Shown here: positions 36,253-46,000 of the stretch, piece by piece | Layout of the letters: every line of letters begins with the position of its first letter | Position numbering within the stretch: position 1 is the stretch's first letter | From: Actinomycetota bacterium | GTDB lineage: Bacteria; Actinomycetota; Thermoleophilia; Gaiellales; Gaiellaceae | DNA: 64,000 nucleotides | Direction: 5' to 3' | NCBI GenBank assembly: GCA_020029595.1 | Contig: JAIBJN010000002.1 | Span: forward strand, 844-64,843 | Notes under the pieces: generated by a model | The model's input: the letters and a program-made list of their open reading frames with translations, nothing else | Told to the model about the DNA's origin: nothing | The model's database searches: none | Translations under genes and position numbers: made by a program

Positions 36253-37466
36253 CGCGGACGGCCTTCTCGCCGTCCCTCCACGTGGCTGACCTCCGCCTCG
36301 AAGCGCCGGCGCCGGCCCCTGCGGACGCCGAGATTCCCTTCGCACGCCTCGATCACGCCGACTCTGAGCTCCTTCACGAGCTCCTGGCGGCCGTCGCGCG
36401 GGTCGCGGAGAGCGGGGCCTTCACTCTCGGAGAGGAGGTCGATGCGTTCGAACGCGAGTTCGCGGCCTATTGCGGCACCGAGCATGCCGTGGGCGTCTCC
36501 TCCGGGACGGACGCGCTCGCGCTCGCCCTTCGGGCGCTCGGAATCAGCCCGGGCGACGAGGTGATCGTCCCCGCGAACTCGTTCATCGCGACCGCTGAGG
36601 CGGTGACGCTGGCCGGCGCAAGGCCGCGCTTGGTCGACGTCGATCCCGCCTCGCACCTGCTCACCGCAGACATCTTGGCCGCGGCGATCACGCCGCGCAC
36701 GCGCGCGGTGATCCCGGTCCACCTCTACGGGTGCACGGTGGACCTCGATCCGCTCACCGAGGTCGCCCGTAGCCACGACATCGCGGTCGTCGAGGACGCT
36801 TGCCAGGCCCACGGCGCTCACTACCGCGGACGACGGGCCGGCGCGGTGGCCGACATCGGCTGCTTCAGCTTCTATCCGACGAAGAACCTGGGAGGCTGGG
36901 GCGACGGCGGTGCGGTGGTCACGAGCCGGCCGGAGCTCGCCGAGCGCGTCCGGCTGCTCCGCTCCCACGGCGAACAGCCTCGCTACCACCATCATGTCTG
37001 CGGCTCGACCGCCCGGCTCGACGCGCTTCAGGCGGCGGTGCTGCGGCTGAAGCTGTGCCGGCTGGACGGGTGGAACGCAGAACGGAGGGCGCTCGCCGCC
37101 AGGCTTCGGAGCGCGCTTGCCGGGACCGGTGTCGGGCTCCCTCCGAAGCCCGACCCCCACGGCGACCACGTCTACCACCTCTTTCCCGTCTTCTCGACGG
37201 CGCGCGATGCTCTCCGAGCGCACCTAGGGGAAGGCGGCATCGCCACCGCGGCGCACTATCCCGTTCCGATCCATCTTGCCGAGGCCTACCGGCACCTCCG
37301 CCTGCGTCGCGGCGCGCTGCCGGTGGCCGAACGTCTCGCCCAGACGACCTGCAGTCTCCCCTTGTGGCCGGGGATGCGTGACGACCAGATCGATCGCGTC
37401 GCCGCGGCAGTAGCGTCGTTCGATTCGAAACGGAGGCCCGGGTGGAGGCCCACGACCTCCTCGTAG
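36249..37466 (+). CDS. DegT/DnrJ/EryC1/StrS-family sugar aminotransferase (WlbC/WbpE-like)
   Basis: 405 aa. FTLGEEVDAFEREFAAYCGTEHAVGVSSGTDALALAL, IVPANSFIATAEAV, FSFYPTKNLGGWGDGG (PLP Lys). GTG 36249 overlaps the sigma stop (GTGA). GTG 36282 is an alternative start. Confidence 0.92.
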   Translation: MTRTAFSPSLHVADLRLEAPAPAPADAEIPFARLDHADSELLHELLAAVARVAESGAFTLGEEVDAFEREFAAYCGTEHAVGVSSGTDALALALRALGISPGDEVIVPANSFIATAEAVTLAGARPRLVDVDPASHLLTADILAAAITPRTRAVIPVHLYGCTVDLDPLTEVARSHDIAVVEDACQAHGAHYRGRRAGAVADIGCFSFYPTKNLGGWGDGGAVVTSRPELAERVRLLRSHGEQPRYHHHVCGSTARLDALQAAVLRLKLCRLDGWNAERRALAARLRSALAGTGVGLPPKPDPHGDHVYHLFPVFSTARDALRAHLGEGGIATAAHYPVPIHLAEAYRHLRLRRGALPVAERLAQTTCSLPLWPGMRDDQIDRVAAAVASFDSKRRPGWRPTTSS

Positions 37467-38113
37467 AGCGAACCCCCGTCCGCGCCCGCACGCAGGCGAC
37501 GGCACAGCGCGCGGTGGACATCGTCGTCGCCGCGACGCTCTTGCTGCTGCTCCTTCCGGTACTGGCGCTCACTGCGGTGGCGGTACGGATCGACTCACCG
37601 GGCTCCGCCCTCTTCCGCCAGCGCCGACTGGGCCTTGGCATGAAGACATTCGCCGTCCTGAAGTTCAGGACGATGCGGGCGGACGCCGACGGGGCGGTCC
37701 ACCGTGATTACGTCCGCTCCCTGATCGAAGCCGACCCCTCGCCCGCGGGCCGCGACGGCCTCTACAAGCTTGCGGTTGACGATCGGGTGACTCGGGTCGG
37801 GCGCGTGCTGCGGTCGTGGAGCCTCGACGAGCTTCCGCAGCTTTGGAACGTGCTCCGCGGCGAGATGTCGCTGGTGGGCCCGCGCCCCGTGATTCCATAC
37901 GAGGCCGAGTTCTATCCCCAGTGGTACCTGCGTCGCTTCGCGGTGAGGCCCGGGATCACAGGCCTCTGGCAGGTGAGCGGCCGCAACGAGCGCACGTACG
38001 AGGAGATGGTGCGTTTCGACATCGAGTATGTCGAGAGCGGCTCGCTACGGCTCGACCTCCTCATCCTGCTCAAGACCGTGTCGGTGGTCGTTCGGCGCAA
38101 GGGAGTGGCGTAG
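37442..38113 (+). CDS. small (PglC/WbaP C-terminal-type) polyprenyl-phosphate sugar-phosphate transferase
   Basis: 223 aa. One N-terminal hydrophobic helix. ALFRQRRLGLGMKTFAVLKFRTM, SLDELPQLWNVLRGEMSLVGPRP, GITGLWQVSGRN. Confidence 0.9.
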   Translation: MEAHDLLVERTPVRARTQATAQRAVDIVVAATLLLLLLPVLALTAVAVRIDSPGSALFRQRRLGLGMKTFAVLKFRTMRADADGAVHRDYVRSLIEADPSPAGRDGLYKLAVDDRVTRVGRVLRSWSLDELPQLWNVLRGEMSLVGPRPVIPYEAEFYPQWYLRRFAVRPGITGLWQVSGRNERTYEEMVRFDIEYVESGSLRLDLLILLKTVSVVVRRKGVA

Positions 38114-39247
38114 GTGGCTGAGCCGTTCCCGCCGTATCGCGCCCACCTCAACGGGCACGCCAACGGAAGCGCCGACGGCTGGGCCCATGCTCGTCCGGCG
38201 GAGAACGGGGACCGGCCGCCCGTGCGGACAGCGGTCGTCGGGTACGGCTACTGGGGACCGAATCTCGCTCGCAACGTCGCCGAGCGGCCGGAGCTCGAGC
38301 TGGCCGGGCTGTGCGAGCTCGACCGCCGGCGGGCCGACGCGTTTGCCCAAAAACATCCCGGCCTGACCGTGTGGCGAGAGCTCGACGGTCTCCTACTCGA
38401 GCCTGACGTGGACGCCGTCCTCCTCGCCACCCCGCCGCAGACGCACTACCCGTACGCGCGGCGGGCGCTGGAGGCGGGCAAGCACGTGCTCGTGGAGAAG
38501 CCGCTCGCCACGACCGCCGAGAATGCCCGCGAGCTCATCGAGCTCGCGCGCGCCCGCGAACTGGTTCTCATGCCGGGGCACACGTTCGTCTACAGCGCCT
38601 CGGTGAATGCCGTCCGTCAGCTGATTAGAGACGGGGTGCTCGGCGAGGTCTACTTCATCACCTCGTCGCGGATGAACCTGGGCAAGTATCAGCTCGATGG
38701 AGTCATCTGCGACCTGGCCCCACACGACCTCTCGATTCTCCTCTACTGGCTGGAGGAGCGGGTCGTTCAGGTTGCGGCCTCGGCGCAGAGCGTGTTCCGG
38801 ACCGGCGTCGCGGAGACGGCGTTTCTCACCCTCACGTTCGAAAGCGGAACGACGGCCAATATCCAGATCTCATGGCTGGCTCCGAGGAAGGTCCGCCAGA
38901 TGATCGTCGTGGGCAGCCGGCGGATGGTCCAGTACGACGACACCGCGTCTGACGAGCCCGTGCGCGTCTACGACCGCGGGATGGACTTCGCGGCCGCTCC
39001 GGCCAGCTTCGGCGAGTATCAGCTGACCTACCGTACAGGCGACGTCGTGATTCCACGAGTCGACGCCGTCGAGCCGCTCAGCCTCGAGCTGGAGGACTTT
39101 GCGCGCGCTGTCAGGACCGGCGGCGAGCCGCGCTCGAGCTCGGCCCTGGGGCTCGAGATCGTCGCAGTGCTCGAGGCGGCAGAGACGTCGCTGCGCGGGG
39201 GCGGCGAGCCGGTGACCCCGGTGCTGGCCGAGAGGGTTGCAGCGTGA
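38114..39247 (+). CDS. Gfo/Idh/MocA-family NAD-dependent sugar dehydrogenase (WlbA/WbpB-like)
   Basis: 377-aa ORF. TAVVGYGYWGPNLARN, AVLLATPPQTHYPYARRALEAGKHVLVEKPLA. The first roughly 38 aa are atypical, so GTG near VRTAVVGYG may be the true start. Confidence 0.88.
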   Translation: MAEPFPPYRAHLNGHANGSADGWAHARPAENGDRPPVRTAVVGYGYWGPNLARNVAERPELELAGLCELDRRRADAFAQKHPGLTVWRELDGLLLEPDVDAVLLATPPQTHYPYARRALEAGKHVLVEKPLATTAENARELIELARARELVLMPGHTFVYSASVNAVRQLIRDGVLGEVYFITSSRMNLGKYQLDGVICDLAPHDLSILLYWLEERVVQVAASAQSVFRTGVAETAFLTLTFESGTTANIQISWLAPRKVRQMIVVGSRRMVQYDDTASDEPVRVYDRGMDFAAAPASFGEYQLTYRTGDVVIPRVDAVEPLSLELEDFARAVRTGGEPRSSSALGLEIVAVLEAAETSLRGGGEPVTPVLAERVAA

Positions 39248-40551
39248 CGGCTCAGGCCGCGGCGGCGGACCACCGGGCCCAGACCGCACTTCCTCCCCAT
39301 TCCGCGACCGCGGCGGGCCGGGCGCTGCGCATCTGCATGGTTCACTACTCCGACTTCCACATCGACTCGCGAATCCAGCGGCAGGCCCGCGCCCTGGCCG
39401 AGCGTGGGGACGAGGTCGATCTCGTGTGCCTGTCGGCGCCGGGCGAGCGGCGCGTAGGGGCGGGCCTGATCCGAATTCACCGGGTCGGCGGCGGCAAGGC
39501 GCAGGGCGGGGCCGCGAGCTACGTCTGGGGCTACCTGCGCTTCTTCGCGAGGGCGCTCGCGCGCGTGGCAGCGCTCGACTCGGAGCGGCGCTTCGACGTC
39601 GTCGAAGCGCACAACATGCCCGATTTTCTCGCCTTCACCGCCCTCCGGCCCAAGCTTCGGGGGACTCCGGTGATCCTCAACGTCCACGACACCTTTCCCG
39701 AGCTCTTCGCGACGATGTTCCGAAGGCGCCCGGACGGGCTGGCCGTCCGGCTTGTCACAGCCCAGGAGCGCCTGAGCGCAGCGTTCGCCGACGCGGTCGT
39801 GGCGGTGACACCCGAGGCGGCAGAGCGACTCGCATCGCGAGGCGCGGGCGGACGGCGTTCCCTCGTCGTCATGAATGCGCCCGACGAGCGCGTGTTCGGC
39901 CCGCCCCGCCCGCCCGCGACGATTCCTGCAGGCGGCGCGATCCAGGCGATCTATCACGGTGGGCTCGCGCCGCGGTTCGGCGTCGAGCTGCTCGTGGACG
40001 CCGTCGGTCGACTGTACGACACCCTTCCGCGGCTCTCGCTGCGCGTGTGCGGGACTGGGCCGAACAGAGACCGGCTGGCCGCACTCGCCGAGGAGCGCGC
40101 GCCCGGTCGGATTCACGTCGCAGCCGCCGCGGTACCGTTCGAGCAGATCCCCGCCGAGCTCGAGCGCGCGCACCTCGGCGTGGTACCGACGCGCCCCGAC
40201 CGGTTCACCGAGCTGCTCCTGCCCGTCAAGCTGCTCGAGTACGTTCACATGGGGCTCCCAGCGGTCGCACCGCGCCTACCCGTCATCGAACGCTATTTCG
40301 GCGGCGGCGAGGTCACGCTCTTCGAGCCCGGCTCGGCGGCCGCCCTGGCCGAAGCGATCGCGGGCGTCTGCGCCGACCCGGCCGCCGCGCGCGAGCGGGC
40401 CCTGAGGGCGTCGGCGCGGCTCGCCGCAGTCGGTTGGCCCCAGCAGCGCCAGGGCTACCTGGGCCTGGTCGACGAGCTGGTCGCGGGACGCCGGCGGCGC
40501 GCCGAAATCACGCAATCGCAGATGAAGGTCGAGCGGCAAGGAAGGCGTTAG
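39244..40551 (+). CDS. GT-B glycosyltransferase (GT4-like)
   Basis: 435 aa. RICMVHYSDFHIDSRIQRQARALAERGDEV..., NVHDTFPELF, C-terminal ...LPVKLLEYVHMGLPAVA (E-x7-E region). GTGA overlap with the preceding gene. Confidence 0.85.
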   Translation: MTAQAAAADHRAQTALPPHSATAAGRALRICMVHYSDFHIDSRIQRQARALAERGDEVDLVCLSAPGERRVGAGLIRIHRVGGGKAQGGAASYVWGYLRFFARALARVAALDSERRFDVVEAHNMPDFLAFTALRPKLRGTPVILNVHDTFPELFATMFRRRPDGLAVRLVTAQERLSAAFADAVVAVTPEAAERLASRGAGGRRSLVVMNAPDERVFGPPRPPATIPAGGAIQAIYHGGLAPRFGVELLVDAVGRLYDTLPRLSLRVCGTGPNRDRLAALAEERAPGRIHVAAAAVPFEQIPAELERAHLGVVPTRPDRFTELLLPVKLLEYVHMGLPAVAPRLPVIERYFGGGEVTLFEPGSAAALAEAIAGVCADPAAARERALRASARLAAVGWPQQRQGYLGLVDELVAGRRRRAEITQSQMKVERQGRR

Positions 40552-40597
40552 TGCCTCGGGAAGCGGCATCTGTCCTGACGGCTCCCGCCTGATTCGC

Positions 40598-41599
40598 ATG
40601 GAACTGGCGCAGATCCTCAAGATTCTCTGGGACCGCAAGGTCTGGCTCGCCCTGGTCGCCCTCCTGGCCTTGCTGGCCAGCCTGTCGACGATCCTCCGCA
40701 TCGGGCCAGGCGGCATCGAGGAGCGCTCGCACACCTACGGAGCCGCGCAGGCTCAGTTCCTCATCGACTCGCCACGCTCCTCCTTGATCGACCTGACGCA
40801 GGACACGGAGGCGCTTGCGACCCGCGCGCAGGTCTACGCGCAGTTCATGCGCTCGAACGCCGTGAAGGTGGAGATCGCTCGCATCGCCGGCATCGACGCC
40901 GACCGGATCGTGGCGCAGGGGCCGTACACGACGGCGGGCGGAACGCAGAACATCCCGCGCCCAGCTCCCGTGCGGTCGAACGAGGTCCGAGGCGAGGGAG
41001 ACGTCTACCGGCTCGTATTCGACGCGCAGCTGGGACTGCCGATCGTCTCGGTCTACGCGCAGGCTCCGACGGCCGAGGAAGCGATCAAGCTTGCCGACGC
41101 GACGGTCGAGGGGATCGGTTCATACGTGAGCGAGCTCGAAGACGCCGAGAACGTCCCGTACGAGGATCAGACGGAGATTCGCGAGCTGGGCCCGGCCGAG
41201 GGAGGCACCGTGAACCCTGGCGTCGATCCCGTGATCTCGCTCTTGGTGTTCCTGGCGGCGCTGGTCGCCGGTTGCGCCGCCATCCTCGCTGCTGTGGCGC
41301 TCCGGCAAGGGTTCTACCGCCTTGCAGCTCAGGCCGAGCCGGTCGCCGACGAGGAGCCCGACACGAGCCTGACGGCCGCGCCGGGCCCGAAGACGAAGGA
41401 CGATGAACTCCATGGGCTCGAGCCCGAAGTCACCGAGTCCTTCAGCCGGTTGAGCGTCGAGGTCGACGGCTCCTCCCACTCGCTTGCCTTCGGGGCGATC
41501 GACAGGCTCGTCGGCGAGGGGCTCGTCGACGAGAGGACAGCCGGTCGCTGGAAGCAGCACATCGAGGAGGAATCCCCCGTTCGCGAAGCGGCGCGATGA
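40598..41599 (+). CDS. polysaccharide co-polymerase / chain-length determinant (Wzz-like), no kinase domain
   Basis: 333 aa. N-terminal LAQILKILWDRKVWLALVALLALLASL, a large middle domain, a second TM helix VISLLVFLAALVAGCAAILAAVAL, then an acidic tail. The call rests on topology and N-terminal motif only. Confidence 0.55.
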   Translation: MELAQILKILWDRKVWLALVALLALLASLSTILRIGPGGIEERSHTYGAAQAQFLIDSPRSSLIDLTQDTEALATRAQVYAQFMRSNAVKVEIARIAGIDADRIVAQGPYTTAGGTQNIPRPAPVRSNEVRGEGDVYRLVFDAQLGLPIVSVYAQAPTAEEAIKLADATVEGIGSYVSELEDAENVPYEDQTEIRELGPAEGGTVNPGVDPVISLLVFLAALVAGCAAILAAVALRQGFYRLAAQAEPVADEEPDTSLTAAPGPKTKDDELHGLEPEVTESFSRLSVEVDGSSHSLAFGAIDRLVGEGLVDERTAGRWKQHIEEESPVREAAR

Positions 41600-42972
41600 G
41601 CGCCGTGACGGCGCGTACCCCGTCGCGGCTCCGGGAGTCGGCGCGACGGACGTTCCTCATCGCAACGACAGATACCGGCGAGGATGCCTGGCCGCATACG
41701 ACCCGGGTCCTGCCGTGGCTCCTCGCGGGATTCCTGGCAATGCTCTGGCTCCTTCCCTTCCGGGCCATCTACCTGCCGGGGGTGGGTAACCCGGACCGAC
41801 CCGCACTCGTTGCGATTGCCGGTCTCTGGCTCGCAGCCTTGGCGGTCGTCCAGGGTGCGGCGCGACCGCGCGTCCAGGTCACGCGCCTGCACGCGGCGAT
41901 CTCTGCCTTCTTCGTCTGCGCGGTCGCGAGTGTGGCCCTGAACACCGACGTCCTGGCCAACCTCGGCGAGCTCGGGTTGGCAAGCAAGAAGCTCGTCCTC
42001 CTCGCTTCCTACGCCGCGTTCTTCATCCTCGTGGGCTCGGTCATCAGGCCGGCCGAGATCCCACGCTTCGTCGGCCTCGTCCTCGGACTGGCCACGATCG
42101 TGTCGGTAGCCGCGATCGTCGAATACCGGTTCGAAGTCAACCCCTTCTACGACCTGGCCGCGAACCTCGCCTACACGGTCGCTCCCTCCGACCTGCACGA
42201 AATCGACCCGACGGGACGAACCACGGTCTACGGGCCGATGGATCATCCGCTCGAGCTTGCGCTCATGCTCGCGCTCGTCTTGCCGTTCGCGCTCGTGCCG
42301 ATGCTCGAGGAAGCGAGACACTCGTACCGACTCCGCTGGCTTCTCCTCACGGGCGTGCTCCTGGCCGGGGTCTTCGTGACGCAGCGAAAGACCGGTCTGA
42401 TCGCGGCCGGCGTGGGCGCACTCGCGGTCCTCGCGCTCCGTCCGCGGGCCGTGCGGCGGGCAGTCCCGCTGGGCATCGGGCTCATGCTCATTCTGCACCT
42501 CGTGGCGCCCGGCGCGATGGGGTCCCTCCGCCAGCAGCTCGAGCCCACCCGCCTCACGAGCACGAAGTCGATCGGTGACCGTTCCGACGACTACGATGCC
42601 ATCGTCCCAGACTTGCTGAGACATCCGGCGCTCGGGCGGGGCTACGGCTCCTACGAGCCATACAAATACCGCATCCTCGATAACCAGTACCTCGGGCTCC
42701 TCGTCACCGTCGGGTTCGTGGGGACGGCCGCCTACGGGCTCCTTCTTCTCACCGCGATGGCCAGCGCGAGACGTCCAGTTCCGGGGGCGCGTCCGCTGCC
42801 GGCGCGGCAGATCGCGGCCCCGATCGCGGCCGTGGCCGCGTTCGCCGTCGGCGGGGCGCTCTTCGACGTTCTCGCGTTTCCGCACGTCACCTACTCGTTC
42901 TTCTTCCTTCTCGGCCTCGTCGCCGCCGCCCGGGCCGGACCGCACAGCAACCCGACCTCCCGCGGAGGCTGA
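41596..42972 (+). CDS. O-antigen polymerase/ligase family membrane protein (Wzy-like)
   Basis: 458 aa with about 10-12 TM helices and a central loop ...VFVTQRKTGLIAAGVGALAVLAL... typical of the Wzy_C region. ATGA overlap with the Wzz-like gene. Confidence 0.7.
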   Translation: MSAVTARTPSRLRESARRTFLIATTDTGEDAWPHTTRVLPWLLAGFLAMLWLLPFRAIYLPGVGNPDRPALVAIAGLWLAALAVVQGAARPRVQVTRLHAAISAFFVCAVASVALNTDVLANLGELGLASKKLVLLASYAAFFILVGSVIRPAEIPRFVGLVLGLATIVSVAAIVEYRFEVNPFYDLAANLAYTVAPSDLHEIDPTGRTTVYGPMDHPLELALMLALVLPFALVPMLEEARHSYRLRWLLLTGVLLAGVFVTQRKTGLIAAGVGALAVLALRPRAVRRAVPLGIGLMLILHLVAPGAMGSLRQQLEPTRLTSTKSIGDRSDDYDAIVPDLLRHPALGRGYGSYEPYKYRILDNQYLGLLVTVGFVGTAAYGLLLLTAMASARRPVPGARPLPARQIAAPIAAVAAFAVGGALFDVLAFPHVTYSFFFLLGLVAAARAGPHSNPTSRGG

Positions 42973-43041
42973 TCGTCGAGCCGTTCACGGCGGTGCTCGC
43001 CCGGAGTCGGCGCGCTGACCGAGCCGATTTCGACGTGGGAC

Positions 43042-46000
43042 CTACTCGTCGGCGCCGGCGTCGCAGGCGGCTCCCTGCGGGCGGGCGTTCCCGTCGATGT
43101 CCGTTGCCGGGCAGACGCTACCGCCTCGGTCGATTGCCGGCGAGCCCGACCTCAGATGCAGGTCGACCGCCACGGTGTCCACCCAGCCGGGGTCGGGAGT
43201 GCCGTTCAGCGCGAGATCTGTCCCACCGCACTTGGCGGCGTTCGTCCCGGACGAATACCAGACGTTGTAGGAGTAGCTCACCTGCGAGTTGCACATGAAG
43301 TTGAACTGCTCGCCGAGGTTGCTGCTCACGACGAAGTTCGAGTAGTTGCTCGTTCCGCTCTCGAAGATCGGCGTCTGGGCGAGGCTGTTGTTCCGGAACT
43401 GGACGCCCTCGAAGCGCACTCGCCGGTCGAAGAAGACCGTGTAGTAGCCCCCCGAGATCGTCTCCCCGAAGAAGTTGTTCTCGATCACGACGTTGCGGAA
43501 CGGCTGGGAGCTGTTCGGATTGCTCGTGAGGAAGAGGCCCATGACTGCGCAGCGCTCGAACCGGGAGTTGCGGATCGTCAGGTTTTGCACGGAGACGACG
43601 TGCAGACACTCGGTGTGAACGCTCGCGGAGGAGCGCGTGTAATCGTGGAAGCGGACACCGTCAATGACGATGTTCGTTGGCACCGTCGCGCCGGGTGCGG
43701 GCGCCGTGACGAAGGAGTAGGCGTCCGGAGAGGGCCCGTACTCACCGCCCGAGATGCTGACGTCGCGTGTCCCGAAGACGATGAAGTTCGTGCCCTTCGT
43801 GTCCTTGAAGGTGAAGTCGGAGATTCCGTCCCACGTCCGCCATTCGTCGCGGAAGGTAAGGCCCTCGATCGTGATGTGGCCCGACTCGAACTCGGTGAAG
43901 GCGAAGGAGGGAGTCTGCCCCGCCGCCGCCCTGAAGACGACGTCCGCGCTCGAGGTCTTGGAGGCGTCGAACGTGACGCGTTGGGTCCCATACGTTCCAC
44001 CGGCCACCTCGACGACGTCGCCGGGCCGGGCGAGGCGGTACGCGCGCTCGAGGGAGCGGCAGGGCGCGGCCTGGGAGCACGGGTTCGCGTCCGAGCCGCC
44101 GGGTGCGAGGTGGAGGTCTGCGTTGCCGGTCGAGCAGGCCTCGGTGGAGGCTGTGAGCGTCGCCCGGGGAGAGCGATTGCCGGCGGCGTCCCGCGCCTCG
44201 ACGGCGAACGCGTAGTTGGTGCCGCACGCGAGCCCGGAAGCCGCGAAGCTCGTCCCTGCGGTCGAGCCGACGCCGGACCCGTCGCGGTAGACGTCGTAGC
44301 CGGTCACGCCGGCGTCGTCGGAGGACGGGTTCCACGACAAGGAGACGCTCGTCTGCGTCGATTCCGTCCTCGTGAGGCCTGTCGGCGCCGTCGGTGCCTG
44401 CGTGTCCGCGACGGGACACGTCGCGGTCGTGGCGGTCAGGGTCGCCTTGGCCGAGCTGTTTCCGGCCAAGTCGTAGGCGTCGACCGCCAGCGTGTACGTC
44501 GTCTCGCAGGCGAGTCCGCTGAACGTATAGCTCGTCGTCGACGAGCTCGCGACGCTAGTCCCGTCCCGGTAGAGACCGTAGCCGGCTACCCCGACGTCGT
44601 CCGTCGACGTCTCCCAGGACACGGAGATGCTCGTGGCCGTCTCGCCACCGTTCAGGAGCGCAGAAGGCGCCGTGGGCGGGCTGGTGTCCGACGGCTCACG
44701 GACGGGGCTACTCATGTCCTTCACGACCTCCCCGTTCGAGAGGGCGCGGCGGTACACGCGCACCTCGTCGATCTCGCCTCGGAACCACTCGCCCCAGACG
44801 GCGTTGCCGCCGACGCGAAGCGGCCCGGCCGAGTCGGTCATGCTCCCCGAGACCGCCCGACTCGAGACCTGGGCGCCGTTGACGTACAGACGAAGGTGGG
44901 AGCCGTCGAACGTCGTGGCGAGGTGGGTCCACGCGTTGAGAGGGAGCTGGGACGTCCCTCGCGCGTCGAGGTCGGCACCCCCGATGACGACGTGGCCACT
45001 CGGCCGGTTCGAGGTCGTGTCGGCATAGAGGCCGTACGTGAACGAACCCGGGCCCTCCTTCAACACCACGGTGCGCCAGGTCCCGAGTGCGGTGGGCCGG
45101 ACCCAGGCCTCCAGGGTCATGGCGCTCGAGAGGTCGAGCGACGCCGCGTCGGCCACGCTCAACCAGTCGTCGACGCCGTCGAACCCCAGGGCGCCGCCGA
45201 AGCGGCCTCCCGTCGTCGGCGAGGCGCCGGCGGCGAGCCCGTTGTTCCCGAGCCCGGAGGCGTCCCGGATGGAAAGCCCGACAGGGTCGTTGAAGCCGTA
45301 GGCGGCGACGAGGCCCGTCGCCCTGGACTCGCGGGCGCCGGCGTCCGGCGCACCGCCGAGTGGGCGCGTCTCGCCAGTGATGTCGGACGTCGGGTAGCCC
45401 GGCGGTGCGCCCAGGTCGATCGCGGCGGCACCAGGGAGGAGCTCGAAGTTCTGCTCCTCTTGGTCGACGAAGCCGCTCGGCGCCACGACGTCGGCGGTGC
45501 CGCATTCCGTCCCGTTCTCCCACACGTTGTAGTCGGCAGTGACGCCCGTCCGGGCGCAGCCCGTGAAGCTCGTGGCGATGTTCGAGTAGAAGCGCAGGTC
45601 GGCGAGCGTCGTGCTCGCCGGATCGATGCCGAACGCGGCGTTGGTCGAGTTGTGGCGGACGAGGAATCCTCTCCAGCTCGCGCCGCTCTGGTCGTCGAGG
45701 TAGACGGCGTAGGAGCCGGAGCGGCAGCACTCGATTTCGCTGTTCTCGACGGTCACGTTCGTCGGCGAGGCGGCGCCCCCCTTCTCGAAGAGGAGACCGG
45801 CGAACTCGCAGTCATAGAGGTGACTCTTGCGGATCGTGAGGCCGCTCACGCCCGTCACCGTCAGACAGCTCAGCCTGGAGCCTTGGGCGGACGCGTGGTA
45901 CCCGTGGATCGTGGTTCCGTCGACAGTGACGCTCCTCGCCGCGCGAGTGCCGCTCGCGGTGACGAGGCTCGGGACGTCCGTGGAAGGCCCGACGCTCCCG

